Assembly: GCA_038045705.1 (NCBI GenBank)
Contig: JBBSXO010000009.1
Coordinates: 1 to 26,831, forward strand
Source of the DNA: Nanobdellota archaeon
Lineage (GTDB): Archaea; Nanobdellota; Nanobdellia; Pacearchaeales; GW2011-AR1
Length of the DNA: 26,831 nt
Direction of reading: 5' to 3'
Shown: positions 16,869 through 25,293 of the stretch, in pieces
Position numbering within the stretch: the stretch's first letter is position 1
How the letters are laid out: each line of letters opens with the position of its first letter
Notes under the pieces: generated by a model
What the model saw: only the letters and a program-made list of their open reading frames with translations
Told to the model about the DNA's origin: nothing
Database searches by the model: none
Translations under genes and position numbers: made by a program

Positions 16869-19825
16869 TTAAAGCAGTTTATTATTTTATTTTAATCTTG
16901 TTTGTTAGTTATTTTGCTTCTGGATTTTTAATTTCTGATCAAGGAACTAATGTTAGGTTATCAAATGGTTCTCTTTTAGATTATGGCAATTTGACAATTG
17001 ATATTTATGATAGTTCTGCTGGTGGAAATGTTGTTTTCAGTTCAACTATTCAAGACGCAATTATTAATGGTTCGTGGAATTTAATGATTAACCCAGATAT
17101 TCAATATGGTCAAATTTATTGGAAAGATTATGGTATAAATGGAGAAGATTTAGATTTTGATGGGAATGATAGGCTTCAATTTCAGTCATCTTCTGGGTTG
17201 ATTAACAATGTTTCTTTTGTTAATCTTTCAATGATTAACTCTTGTCCAAGTGGTAGTGCTATTAAGTTAGTTTATTCAAACGGAAGTGTTGAATGTGAGT
17301 CAGTTATTTCTGGAGGAGTTAATTTGACAGATTATGCTTTGAAAAATCAATCCGAAACATTTATTGGGAATATAACTACAACAAGTACTGGGTTTTTTGG
17401 ATTTTTAGGAAGTATTGCTAATAGAATAACTAGGTTGTTTGTTACAGATATAGATGTTTCTGGAAATATAGATGTTGATGGAAATGTAAGTGCTACTTAT
17501 ATATTAGGAGACGGAAGTTTATTGACCAATTTACCTTCTGCTGGTGCCGAATCTGACCCTATTTTTGTTGCTGAAAATTCTACATTGTGGAGTGCAGTAA
17601 ATTCTAAACTTGCTCAAACTGATCAAAGATATAATGATACTTCTTTGATAATTTCAATTAATAGGACTTCAAATATTATGTCACTTGGATTTTATAATAT
17701 AACTGAAATTAACAGTTTGATCTCTGGAATTTCTGGAGGAAACTCCAGCTTTAATCAATCTTTTACTGATGGCTTGTATTATTCAATCTCAAACCCTTTA
17801 AATTTTGTAAATTCATCTCAAATTTCTGCTTATAATGAAACTACTTTAGTTTTGACTTCAAATTCTTCTTTATGGAGTTATATAAACTCTAATCAAGCAA
17901 GTTGGAACTCTACTTTTAATTTGACTTATAATAACTTACTCGGAGTTCAATGTCCATCTGGATATTTTGTAAATGGGACATTATCTAATGGAACATTAAC
18001 TTGTTTATCTTCAATGCAGTCAGAGTCTGACCCGCTTTGGACAGCTAATTCTACTTCTGTTTTGTATATAGCAAACCTTCCTTTACAAAATAGGACAATA
18101 AGCCACATAAGTAATATAACTGGTTTTTCATTTAATTACAATCAAACTTTGCCTGCTATTGGTTATATTGACTCTTTAGGATTTTTGACTTCATCTGTAG
18201 CAAATGCTACTTATTTATTAATTACAGATTTACCTTTGGCTAATAGAACTGTGATTCATTGTTCAAATATAACTGGGTCTGTTTCTAATTTATGCACTCT
18301 TGCAAATAATGGTGCTACAAATATTTTTAATCAAATATTAAATACCAGTTCAAATGTTACATTTGAATCTGTAAATGCTACAAGAGAATTGTATGTATCT
18401 AATATAGCAGTTAAACAATGGCTTTATAATCAAACGACTCCTGCTCTTACTTATATTGATTCAGTAAATTCCTCAATTGTTTCTTGGACTGATTCTGTTT
18501 TTGCTAAAATTATTAATATATTTAATAGGACCGAAATTCAAAATCAATATTATAACAGAACTGACATAGATTCTAGGGGTTACGTCAATTCTTCTGGTTT
18601 ACAGAGTTATAATGAAACTCTTTTGATAAATACTATCAATCAAACGCTTAGCTCTTTGAAACTTGACGTTTCTGATCAAAGGTATAATGATACTTCAATG
18701 ATATTATCTGTTAATACAACTTCAAACATAATGTCTTTGAGTTTTTATAATCGAAGTGAAGTAGATAGTTTAATTTCTGGAATAGGAAATTCTAGTTTTA
18801 ATCAATCTTTAACTGATGTTTTGTATTATTCTGCTAATAATCCACTTAATTTTATTAATAGTACTTTTGTTTTTGATTATAATGATACTAATCTTGTTTT
18901 AAATGTCAATTCTACATTGTGGAATTACTTAAATTCTAATCAAGCAAGTTGGAATTCCACTTTTAACTTGACATATAACTCTATTTTGGGACAACAATGT
19001 CCTGTTGGAAGAATTGTTAATGGAACTTTGTTAAATGGTACATTAAGTTGTATTATTGATTCTAACGGATCTGGAAATGTTTTCAATCAAATTTTGAATA
19101 CTACCTCTAATGTTACATTTGGGAATGTTACTGTTAGTTCTAACTCTGTATTCTCTGGAAATTTAAGCGTTTCTACTGGATTTTTTGCTTATTTAGGGAG
19201 TGTTCTAAATAGGATTACAAAGATATTTGTTGTTGATTTAGATGTTTCAAATAATTTGAGTGTTGGTGGCAACATTTCTTCTCAGTTTTATTTGGGTAGT
19301 TTGAACAGATCGACTTTTCCTAGTTCTTCTTGTTCTGGGACTGATAAAGTTACTGGATTAAATGCTAATGGGAGTATTAGTTGTGGGGCTGATGAGAGTG
19401 GATCAAGTAGTCAAACAATTCCTGTGAAATTTATGAATGTTTTGGCTGGCGCTGTAACTGATACTAATGCTCCTGCTACAGAGAGGATTGTTGGAAACAG
19501 TTATTATTTAGTTTGTACGAATGCTACGGGATATAGTAATTTTAGATATGGATATGCTCGTGCTGCAACAAATGGTGGAGCAAACGCCATAATTTACATG
19601 AAATATATTGTTGATTCTGCAACTACAATTACAGGGAGTTCATATACTAATTTATCTAATTCTAGTGCTCAAATATTAAGATACACTGCTCAAAACACAG
19701 CTAATTTATCTGAATCTTATACCATGAATAATAATCTTGAAGATATATGTATTGGAGCATTTCAGATTGGAGGAGATGGTGTTCTTGATCCACAGTGGAG
19801 AAGTATTTGGATTGAACTAAGTTAA
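16865..19825 (+). CDS. Secreted repetitive fibre-like glycoprotein (tail-fibre/adhesin-like)
   Basis: Signal peptide, very many N-x-S/T sequons, and repeated modules: C...NG[ST]xxC x4, ESDP x2, STGFFxxLGSxxNRITxxFV x2, N[IV]FNQILNT[ST]SNVTF x2. It also has a roughly 127-aa internal duplication. Confidence 0.8.
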   Translation: MIKAVYYFILILFVSYFASGFLISDQGTNVRLSNGSLLDYGNLTIDIYDSSAGGNVVFSSTIQDAIINGSWNLMINPDIQYGQIYWKDYGINGEDLDFDGNDRLQFQSSSGLINNVSFVNLSMINSCPSGSAIKLVYSNGSVECESVISGGVNLTDYALKNQSETFIGNITTTSTGFFGFLGSIANRITRLFVTDIDVSGNIDVDGNVSATYILGDGSLLTNLPSAGAESDPIFVAENSTLWSAVNSKLAQTDQRYNDTSLIISINRTSNIMSLGFYNITEINSLISGISGGNSSFNQSFTDGLYYSISNPLNFVNSSQISAYNETTLVLTSNSSLWSYINSNQASWNSTFNLTYNNLLGVQCPSGYFVNGTLSNGTLTCLSSMQSESDPLWTANSTSVLYIANLPLQNRTISHISNITGFSFNYNQTLPAIGYIDSLGFLTSSVANATYLLITDLPLANRTVIHCSNITGSVSNLCTLANNGATNIFNQILNTSSNVTFESVNATRELYVSNIAVKQWLYNQTTPALTYIDSVNSSIVSWTDSVFAKIINIFNRTEIQNQYYNRTDIDSRGYVNSSGLQSYNETLLINTINQTLSSLKLDVSDQRYNDTSMILSVNTTSNIMSLSFYNRSEVDSLISGIGNSSFNQSLTDVLYYSANNPLNFINSTFVFDYNDTNLVLNVNSTLWNYLNSNQASWNSTFNLTYNSILGQQCPVGRIVNGTLLNGTLSCIIDSNGSGNVFNQILNTTSNVTFGNVTVSSNSVFSGNLSVSTGFFAYLGSVLNRITKIFVVDLDVSNNLSVGGNISSQFYLGSLNRSTFPSSSCSGTDKVTGLNANGSISCGADESGSSSQTIPVKFMNVLAGAVTDTNAPATERIVGNSYYLVCTNATGYSNFRYGYARAATNGGANAIIYMKYIVDSATTITGSSYTNLSNSSAQILRYTAQNTANLSESYTMNNNLEDICIGAFQIGGDGVLDPQWRSIWIELS
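17621..19051 (+). repeat. Intragenic duplication: copy 1 at 17621-18004, copy 2 at 18674-19051
   Basis: Both copies run DQRYNDTS...TSNIMSL.FYN...GNSSFNQS.TD.LYYS..NPLNF.NS...NSNQASWNSTFNLTYN..LG.QCP.G..VNGTL.NGTL.C. Confidence 0.9.
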
Positions 19826-19837
19826 TTAGGAAATTAA

Positions 19838-21253
19838 ATGATAAATAAAAATCTTTTTATCCAGGTACTTTTTTTTGTCATCTTGACAAATGGAGCTTTA
19901 GCTTTGACTGGTGTTTCTAATAGTTATTCTGTTTCAATGTTTGGAAATTCAATATCTACTGGAAATGCTAATTCTAATAGCTATATTGCTACTTTTCTTT
20001 CAGAAAATTTAGGAACAACTAGCAATGCCCAAAGTAATAGTTTTGTTGGAAATATAGGTTTTTTTGAAACAGGTTATTTTACAACTGTTAGTATAACTTC
20101 ATATTCTATATCTCCTAGAACTGCTGTTATTGGTTCTACAATTGGGTTATCTATTACTGCTTCAAATGTTGAGTCAGTTTGGGTTGAAATTACTTCTCCA
20201 GATTCCCAAGTTCAGACTTTGAATTTAGTTAATGGACAGACTTTAAACTATTTACCAGTTCCATCTATTGTTGGAAGATATCAAGTTATATTTTATGCTA
20301 GGAGTTCAACTGGTGCTATTGCTAGCGTATCTGATTATTTTGATTTGATAGAACAATCTTCTGGAAGTTCAAGTTCTTCAACTGGATCTGGCGGAGGTGG
20401 GACCGTAAGAAGTTGTAATTATAACTGGGATTGTACTCCTTGGAGTCTTTGTTCTAATGGTCTGCAAACTAGAAATTGTGCAAATATAGGCACTTGTATT
20501 GGTCAGGAAAGCAGGCCAATAGAATCGATGTCATGTTCTCAAGCACTTTTTGATATAACTTTGAATTTGGAAGGTGTTTCTTTAAATGATGGAGATGTTA
20601 GGTTTGATGTTAACCTTATTGAGCAATTTGGAATTGAAGAACTAGACATACACTTAAAATATTCTATCATTGACGAAGAGAATTATGAGATATTTAGTCA
20701 GATAGAAACTAAAGCCATTAAAGGAAGTCTTTCTTTTGAAAAGATAATAAATTTTGATTTGGAAAATGGAAATTATATCTTAAGAGTTGATGTTTTATAT
20801 GGTAACTTACAAAGGGCATTTGCTGAACAAAGTTTTGTTGTTTCTAATGGAAATATTGAGGAATCCGAAGGCAAAGGTATTACAGGATTTACTTTAATTG
20901 ATTATATAGACTCTAGAAGAATAACATTTTCAATACTTTCATTATTAATTTCTTTAACTTTGTTAATTACTTACTTTTATGTTTTAAGAGATAATAAAAT
21001 TGTTAAGGTTTCTAATTCATTGAATAACACAATTGGTCTTGATGTTTATACTGGTGGTGGTATGAAATTAGGAAAAGTTTATGATATAATTCTTAAGGAT
21101 AATATTATTTATGGAATAGCTGTTTTAATTGAAAAAGGTGTACCTGTCCATCATGATAGAGTCTTGATAAGATATGAATATATAGATGATATTAACGATG
21201 TCGTACTGGTAAATTCAAGTGTTTTGGAAAACAATTCTCACGAATCTGCATAG
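19838..21253 (+). CDS. Single-pass membrane protein: Ig-like ectodomain, thrombospondin-like Cys/Trp motif, TM helix, cytoplasmic PRC-barrel
   Basis: Signal peptide; CNYNWDCTPWSLCSNGLQTRNC; TM helix ITFSILSLLISLTLLITYFYVL; C-terminal IGLDVYTGGGMKLGKVYDIIL...IRYEYIDDINDVVLV matches the PRC-barrel pattern. Confidence 0.8.
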   Translation: MINKNLFIQVLFFVILTNGALALTGVSNSYSVSMFGNSISTGNANSNSYIATFLSENLGTTSNAQSNSFVGNIGFFETGYFTTVSITSYSISPRTAVIGSTIGLSITASNVESVWVEITSPDSQVQTLNLVNGQTLNYLPVPSIVGRYQVIFYARSSTGAIASVSDYFDLIEQSSGSSSSSTGSGGGGTVRSCNYNWDCTPWSLCSNGLQTRNCANIGTCIGQESRPIESMSCSQALFDITLNLEGVSLNDGDVRFDVNLIEQFGIEELDIHLKYSIIDEENYEIFSQIETKAIKGSLSFEKIINFDLENGNYILRVDVLYGNLQRAFAEQSFVVSNGNIEESEGKGITGFTLIDYIDSRRITFSILSLLISLTLLITYFYVLRDNKIVKVSNSLNNTIGLDVYTGGGMKLGKVYDIILKDNIIYGIAVLIEKGVPVHHDRVLIRYEYIDDINDVVLVNSSVLENNSHESA

Positions 21254-21285
21254 ATTTAAAAGGGATTTTTTATTACAAAATGTAT

Positions 21286-21360
21286 GCTCCCGTAGCTCAG
21301 CCTGGATAGAGCATCGGACTTCTAATCCGAGGGTCGTAGGTTCAAATCCTATCGGGAGCG
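21286..21360 (+). tRNA. tRNA-Arg(TCT)
   Basis: GCTCCCG/CGGGAGC acceptor stem, TCGGA-CTTCTAA-TCCGA anticodon arm, GTAGG-TTCAAAT-CCTAT T arm. A TTTAAAA box lies about 25 nt upstream. Confidence 0.96.
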
Positions 21361-21499
21361 TATAAGGATTTGAACACAGAAAATTGATATTTTCTGTACA
21401 ACAAATTCTAATTGTGAGAATTTGTTTGCATCTAGAAATGAGCAAGTCATTTCTATCCCTTCAACTTTAAAAAGATTGAAGGAATCCTATCGGGAGCGT
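21345..21499 (+). mobile_element. Miniature tRNA-integrated hairpin element flanked by a 17-bp direct repeat of the tRNA 3' end
   Basis: AATCCTATCGGGAGCGT at 21345-21361 and 21483-21499. The 121 bp between them consist almost entirely of inverted repeats. Confidence 0.6.
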
Positions 21500-21510
21500 T
21501 AAAATTGAAT

Positions 21511-21915
21511 ATGAAAATATTATTTGTTTGTAAATATAATAGATTTAGAAGTAAAGTTGCAGAGGCTCTACTTTTGAAATATTGTGCTGATGAGAATATA
21601 GACATTAATGTTGATAGTTGCGGGATTTTAATTGATGAAGATAGACCTTATGTTGCCGAGATTACCAAATTATTGCTTGCTCAAAAGAAAGCACATGTTA
21701 AAAATGAACATTCAAAACGTGTCAGTCCTTATTTGATATCTTGGGCTGACAAAATAATAGTTGTTGCAGACAATGTTTTAATTGAAGGTATTTTTCCTAA
21801 AAATAAGACTGAAGTTTGGGATATTAAAGATGTTTCAGAACATAATCCGATAGGCGTCTCGAAAATAATTGATGAGATTGATAAGAAAATTTTAGAATTT
21901 ATTTCTAAATACTAG
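21511..21915 (+). CDS. Low-molecular-weight protein-tyrosine phosphatase/arsenate reductase family protein
   Basis: ILFVCKYNRFRS (CX5R P-loop), VDSCG and WADKIIVV. The ATG at 21511 is preferred over the TTG at 21505. Confidence 0.88.
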   Translation: MKILFVCKYNRFRSKVAEALLLKYCADENIDINVDSCGILIDEDRPYVAEITKLLLAQKKAHVKNEHSKRVSPYLISWADKIIVVADNVLIEGIFPKNKTEVWDIKDVSEHNPIGVSKIIDEIDKKILEFISKY

Positions 21916-21922
21916 TTGAAAT

Positions 21923-22003
21923 CTCCAATCTTTAGGTTGGAGTTAGTATGCAGGAGATTATCAACGGTAATCACAAAACTCTTATCAAACTCATCAGAGT
22001 TTT
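21923..22003. repeat. Cluster of three hairpins between convergent genes (terminator or IS200/IS605-end-like relic)
   Basis: CTCCAATC-TTTA-GGTTGGAG (21923-21942), GATTATC-AAC-GGTAATC (21956-21972) and AAAACTCT...AGAGTTTT (21975-22003). Confidence 0.45.
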
Positions 22004-22009
22004 ATGATA

Positions 22010-22297
22010 TTAAAAAACATCACTAAAAGTGCGACAGAATTGTATTTTAGCAGAATCTAATTCTTTCTTTCCTTCAGGAGTGATAGAATAAGTAATTGTT
22101 TTCCCTTCTTTCTTTTCTTTTATTAAATTATTTTCTTTTAATTGTTTTAGTGCAGGATAAATTGTTCCTGGAGAAGGTTTACATCCCTTTCTTTTTTCTA
22201 ATTCTGAGGCTATTTCTTGACCGTGCATATTTTTTTTAGATAATATAAATAATATCAAGAAAGAAAGAAATCCTCTCATGTCGCAGTAGCCTTTCAT
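22010..22297 (-). CDS. PadR-family transcriptional regulator
   Basis: MRGFLSFLIL..L...MHGQEI...PSPGTIYPALKQL...Y.IT.EG. Confidence 0.92.
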   Translation of the reverse strand: MKGYCDMRGFLSFLILFILSKKNMHGQEIASELEKRKGCKPSPGTIYPALKQLKENNLIKEKKEGKTITYSITPEGKKELDSAKIQFCRTFSDVF

Positions 22298-22336
22298 GCT
22301 CTTTTTCTGTAGAGAGATTATTTAACTGTTTGTAAG

Positions 22337-22387
22337 TATCGTATAACCGATATATTTAAATATTAATGTATCGCATATACGATACAT
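22337..22387. promoter_or_regulatory. Twin palindromic operators flanking a TATA box (putative PadR sites)
   Basis: TATCG-TATAAC-CGATA (22337-22352) and ATGTATCG-CATATA-CGATACAT (22366-22387), either side of TATTTAAATA (22353-22362). Confidence 0.75.
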
Positions 22388-22408
22388 GTTGAAAGGAGGT
22401 AAACAAAA

Positions 22409-22567
22409 ATGAATGGACAATGTTGCGAGAGTTATTGCGAGGCTCCACGAAGCTTTCTGACTAAGAAAGAGAAAGTTGAGATGCTTGAAGAATATAAGAA
22501 GAAGCTTGAGCGAGAGACACAAGGAGTTGCTGAACGCATAAAAGAACTCTCTTTGAATAAGGAATAA
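22409..22567 (+). CDS. Small Cys-tipped coiled-coil protein (52 aa, DUF5320-like), absent from the ORF track
   Basis: Translates as MNGQCCESYCEAPRSFLTKKEKVEMLEEYKKKLERETQGVAERIKELSLNKE. Strong SD AGGAGGT at 22394-22400 and a T-rich tract downstream. Confidence 0.85.
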   Translation: MNGQCCESYCEAPRSFLTKKEKVEMLEEYKKKLERETQGVAERIKELSLNKE

Positions 22568-22664
22568 GATTATTTACTTTTATTTTTCTTTTTTTAATTT
22601 GATGATGCTTAAACCTTTTATTTTGGAATAAGGTTTAAATAACAACTTCCATCCCTTGTTTTAC

Positions 22665-22737
22665 GCACGGATGGCGAAGTGGTTAACGCGCTCGGCTGCA
22701 GCCCGAGTATTCAGGGGTTCAATTCCCTTTCCGTGCT
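22665..22737 (+). tRNA. tRNA-Cys(GCA)
   Basis: GCACGGA/TCCGTGC acceptor stem, CTCGG-CTGCAGC-CCGAG anticodon arm, discriminator U; TATA box TTTAAATA upstream. Confidence 0.95.
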
Positions 22738-22784
22738 TTTAGTTTCATCGAAAGATTTAAAGGAGGATTTCATTAGATTCTAAT

Positions 22785-24287
22785 ATGAATGAAAAGAAAA
22801 AAAAAGTTGAAGGTTTTGATGAGAAAGCATTCATAAGTTTTATTCAAGAGGCTGGTTTGATTTGGGGTCCAGAACCTGAGATATACGGTGGATTGGCTGG
22901 ATTCTATACTTATGGACCTCTTGGAAAACTATTAAAAAATAAGGTTGAAAATTCTGTCAGAAAAGTGTTTAATTCTCATAGCTTTAGGGAACTTGAAGGT
23001 CCTACTATAATGCCTGATAGGGTCTGGAAAGCTTCAGGACATTTAGGGACTTTTTCTGATAGGAGAATTACTTGTCTTAAATGTAAAGCTGTTTTTAGAG
23101 CTGATAAGTTAGCTGAAGAAAAATTAGATATTAGTGCAGACGGACTCGCGGACGATAAAATCCTTAAATTAATTCATGAGAAAAATATCAAATGTCCTTC
23201 ATGCGGAAGCAAGTTTGAAGATAAAATAGAGAGACAAAGTTTAATGATGAAGACTAATGTTGCAGGACAGGATGCTTCACTTAGGCCTGAAACAGCCACA
23301 GTTACTTATCTTCCATATATTAGAATGTACCAATATTTTAGAAAAAAATTACCATTTGGGGTTTTTCAAATAGGAAAGGCTTATAGAAATGAGATATCTC
23401 CAAGACAGCACGTTTTACGTGGTCGTGAATTTACCCAAGCAGAAGGCCAATTATTTATTGATCCTAATGAGAAGAATAATTGGGAACAATTTGATTCTGT
23501 AAAAGAAGATAAATTGCCTCTTTGGGATTATACTTTGCAAGAATCTAATAAGAATCCCATTTCTACATCTTTAGAAAATGCTTTGAAAAAGAAACTTGTT
23601 TCTTCTAAGGCTTATGCTTGGTGCTTATGGCTTGCTTATGCTCAGTTTAGGCATTTTGGTATTCCTGAAGATAGAATAAGGATAAGACAGCACTTGCCTC
23701 AAGAAAGAGCATTTTATGCAACTGACGCTTGGGATATAGAGATTAAGACAAATAATTTTAAGTGGGTTGAAGTTTGCGGAGTGCACGATAGAACTGATTA
23801 TGATCTTAAACAACATTCTAAAGAATCTGGTGTTGCTTTAGAAGCTATTCGCGAGGATGGGAGCAGATTTGTTCCACATATTTTAGAGATTGCTTTTGGT
23901 ACTGATAGACCAACTTACACTTTAATTGATTTATTTTATGAGAAGAAAGAAGAGGAAGATGGTAAGACTGTTTTCAAAATTCCTTATCATATGGCTCCGA
24001 TAAGCGTAAGTGTTTTTCCATTAATGAAGAAAGAGGAACTAACTGAAATTGCAGAATCTGTGTCAAATCAATTAGGTCAAAGTTTTATTGTTGATTATGA
24101 TACTAGCGGAAGCATAGGTAAGCGTTACTTGAGAAGCATGACTGCAGGAACACCATTTGCAGTTACCATCGATTTTGATAGTGTTAAAGATAGGGCAGTT
24201 ACTGTTAGAGACAGGGACACTGGAAAACAAGAGAGAGTTAAGATAAAAGAATTGACCGAACATTTGAGAAGCAAGCTTGGATTATGA
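22785..24287 (+). CDS. glyS: Glycine--tRNA ligase (homodimeric class II, archaeal/eukaryal type)
   Basis: EIYGGLAGFYTYGPLG, LRPETA, QIGKAYRNEISPRQ..LR.REFTQAE, DRTDYDL and the anticodon-binding domain SGSIGKRY...VTIDFD...VTVRDRDT. Confidence 0.97.
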   Translation: MNEKKKKVEGFDEKAFISFIQEAGLIWGPEPEIYGGLAGFYTYGPLGKLLKNKVENSVRKVFNSHSFRELEGPTIMPDRVWKASGHLGTFSDRRITCLKCKAVFRADKLAEEKLDISADGLADDKILKLIHEKNIKCPSCGSKFEDKIERQSLMMKTNVAGQDASLRPETATVTYLPYIRMYQYFRKKLPFGVFQIGKAYRNEISPRQHVLRGREFTQAEGQLFIDPNEKNNWEQFDSVKEDKLPLWDYTLQESNKNPISTSLENALKKKLVSSKAYAWCLWLAYAQFRHFGIPEDRIRIRQHLPQERAFYATDAWDIEIKTNNFKWVEVCGVHDRTDYDLKQHSKESGVALEAIREDGSRFVPHILEIAFGTDRPTYTLIDLFYEKKEEEDGKTVFKIPYHMAPISVSVFPLMKKEELTEIAESVSNQLGQSFIVDYDTSGSIGKRYLRSMTAGTPFAVTIDFDSVKDRAVTVRDRDTGKQERVKIKELTEHLRSKLGL

Positions 24288-24328
24288 TTTTTATAAAGTT
24301 TTAAATAGTTAAACATGTTTAACAAATT

Positions 24329-24589
24329 ATGGGTAAAACTATTATTGCTATAAGGGATGTAGATGAAGAAGTCTATAGAAAATTTAGAACCAGGTCTATG
24401 CAAAATAGGATCAAGCTTGGCAAGGCTATTACTCTTGCAATGACTGAATGGTTAGCTGAACAAAACGCGAAGATGAAAAGAAAAGATATTTGTAACCTTC
24501 TTAAGATTAAACCTTTTGATTTTGGGAATGAGAATTTAAGTGAAGAGATAGATGAAGTTCTTTATGGTGCAAATAAAGACAAATCATGA
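24329..24589 (+). CDS. Putative VapB-type antitoxin (RHH-like N-terminus)
   Basis: Small gene overlapping (ATGA) a PIN gene. IAIRDVDEEVYRKF N-terminus and acidic C-terminus SEEIDEVLYG, typical of archaeal antitoxins. Confidence 0.8.
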   Translation: MGKTIIAIRDVDEEVYRKFRTRSMQNRIKLGKAITLAMTEWLAEQNAKMKRKDICNLLKIKPFDFGNENLSEEIDEVLYGANKDKS

Positions 24590-24993
24590 TATTCTTAGAT
24601 AGCAGTTTTTTAATCTCTTATTATAATTCTCTTGATAAACATACAAATAAAGCTCAGAAAATAATGGATAAATTAATTACAGGCAAGTATGGAGATCCAT
24701 GCATTTCCGATTATATTTTTGATGAAGTTGTTACTGTTTTATTTATTAGATCTAAGGATAAATCGGTGGCTATTACTCTTGGAGAAATCCTAAAAAACTC
24801 TTTAGAAATAATTAGCATCAATCAAGAATTATTTGATAAAGCATGGAACATTTTTAAGAATCAGAAAAATACTAGCTTTAGTTTTACTGATTGCACTAAT
24901 TTAGCCGTCATGCAAGAATACGGACTTTCACATATTGTAACTTTTGATGAAGATTTCTCAAAATTTGAGGGAATAAAAGTTATTGGAATTTAA
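24586..24993 (+). CDS. vapC: VapC-family PIN-domain toxin
   Basis: IFLDSSFLI...IFDEVVT...SFTDC...IVTFDEDF acidic PIN catalytic residues. Confidence 0.9.
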   Translation: MIFLDSSFLISYYNSLDKHTNKAQKIMDKLITGKYGDPCISDYIFDEVVTVLFIRSKDKSVAITLGEILKNSLEIISINQELFDKAWNIFKNQKNTSFSFTDCTNLAVMQEYGLSHIVTFDEDFSKFEGIKVIGI

Positions 24994-25046
24994 TTCTTAA
25001 TTTTAAAAGTAATTAGGTTTATAAACAACAATTCCTAAATTATAGT

Positions 25047-25292
25047 ATGGGGTTTGGTGATATGATGTTCTGGCCATTTGCATTTGCATTTGGTGGGACT
25101 ATGCTTATAGTTGGTTTGATTGCTCTTGCTTTTTGGATTTGGATGCTTGTTGATTGTGCTAGACGTAAATTCAAAAATAATGTTGAGAAGGTTGTCTGGA
25201 TATTAGTTCTTGTCTTTGGTGGTTTGATAGGTGCATTGGTCTATTTAATAGTAATACGCTCGTTTAATCAATCTGGTTTAGCGAAGCACTAA
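25047..25292 (+). CDS. Small membrane protein with PLDc_N-like domain
   Basis: FWIWMLVDC..R.F....KVVWILVLVF...IGALVY pattern. Confidence 0.8.
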   Translation: MGFGDMMFWPFAFAFGGTMLIVGLIALAFWIWMLVDCARRKFKNNVEKVVWILVLVFGGLIGALVYLIVIRSFNQSGLAKH

Positions 25293-25293
25293 A

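Noticed and set aside
16865-21360. Provirus ending at tRNA-Arg, suggested by the fibre-like gene
   Set aside because: There are no integrase, capsid, terminase or replication genes. The fibre has a Sec signal and sequons, and the only att-like duplicate is 121 bp downstream of the tRNA.
21215-21445. Minus-strand 76-aa ORF
   Set aside because: It is the antisense read-through of tRNA-Arg (GFEPTTLGLEVRCSIQ is a typical tRNA-antisense translation).
21345-21499. Interpretation as a tRNA intron, split tRNA or CRISPR array
   Set aside because: The tRNA is complete without the insert, I see no bulge-helix-bulge junction, and there are only two 17-bp copies with no spacer periodicity or cas genes.
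22322-22522. Minus-strand 66-aa ORF in the track
   Set aside because: It overlaps the operators and is antisense to the plus-strand 52-aa gene, which has the SD and the recognisable family pattern.
23625-24403. Minus-strand ORFs 23625..23816, 24072..24263 and 24125..24403
   Set aside because: They are antisense to glyS and the antitoxin gene.
24329-24993. vapBC pair as a novel system
   Set aside because: It is an ordinary archaeal type II toxin-antitoxin module.
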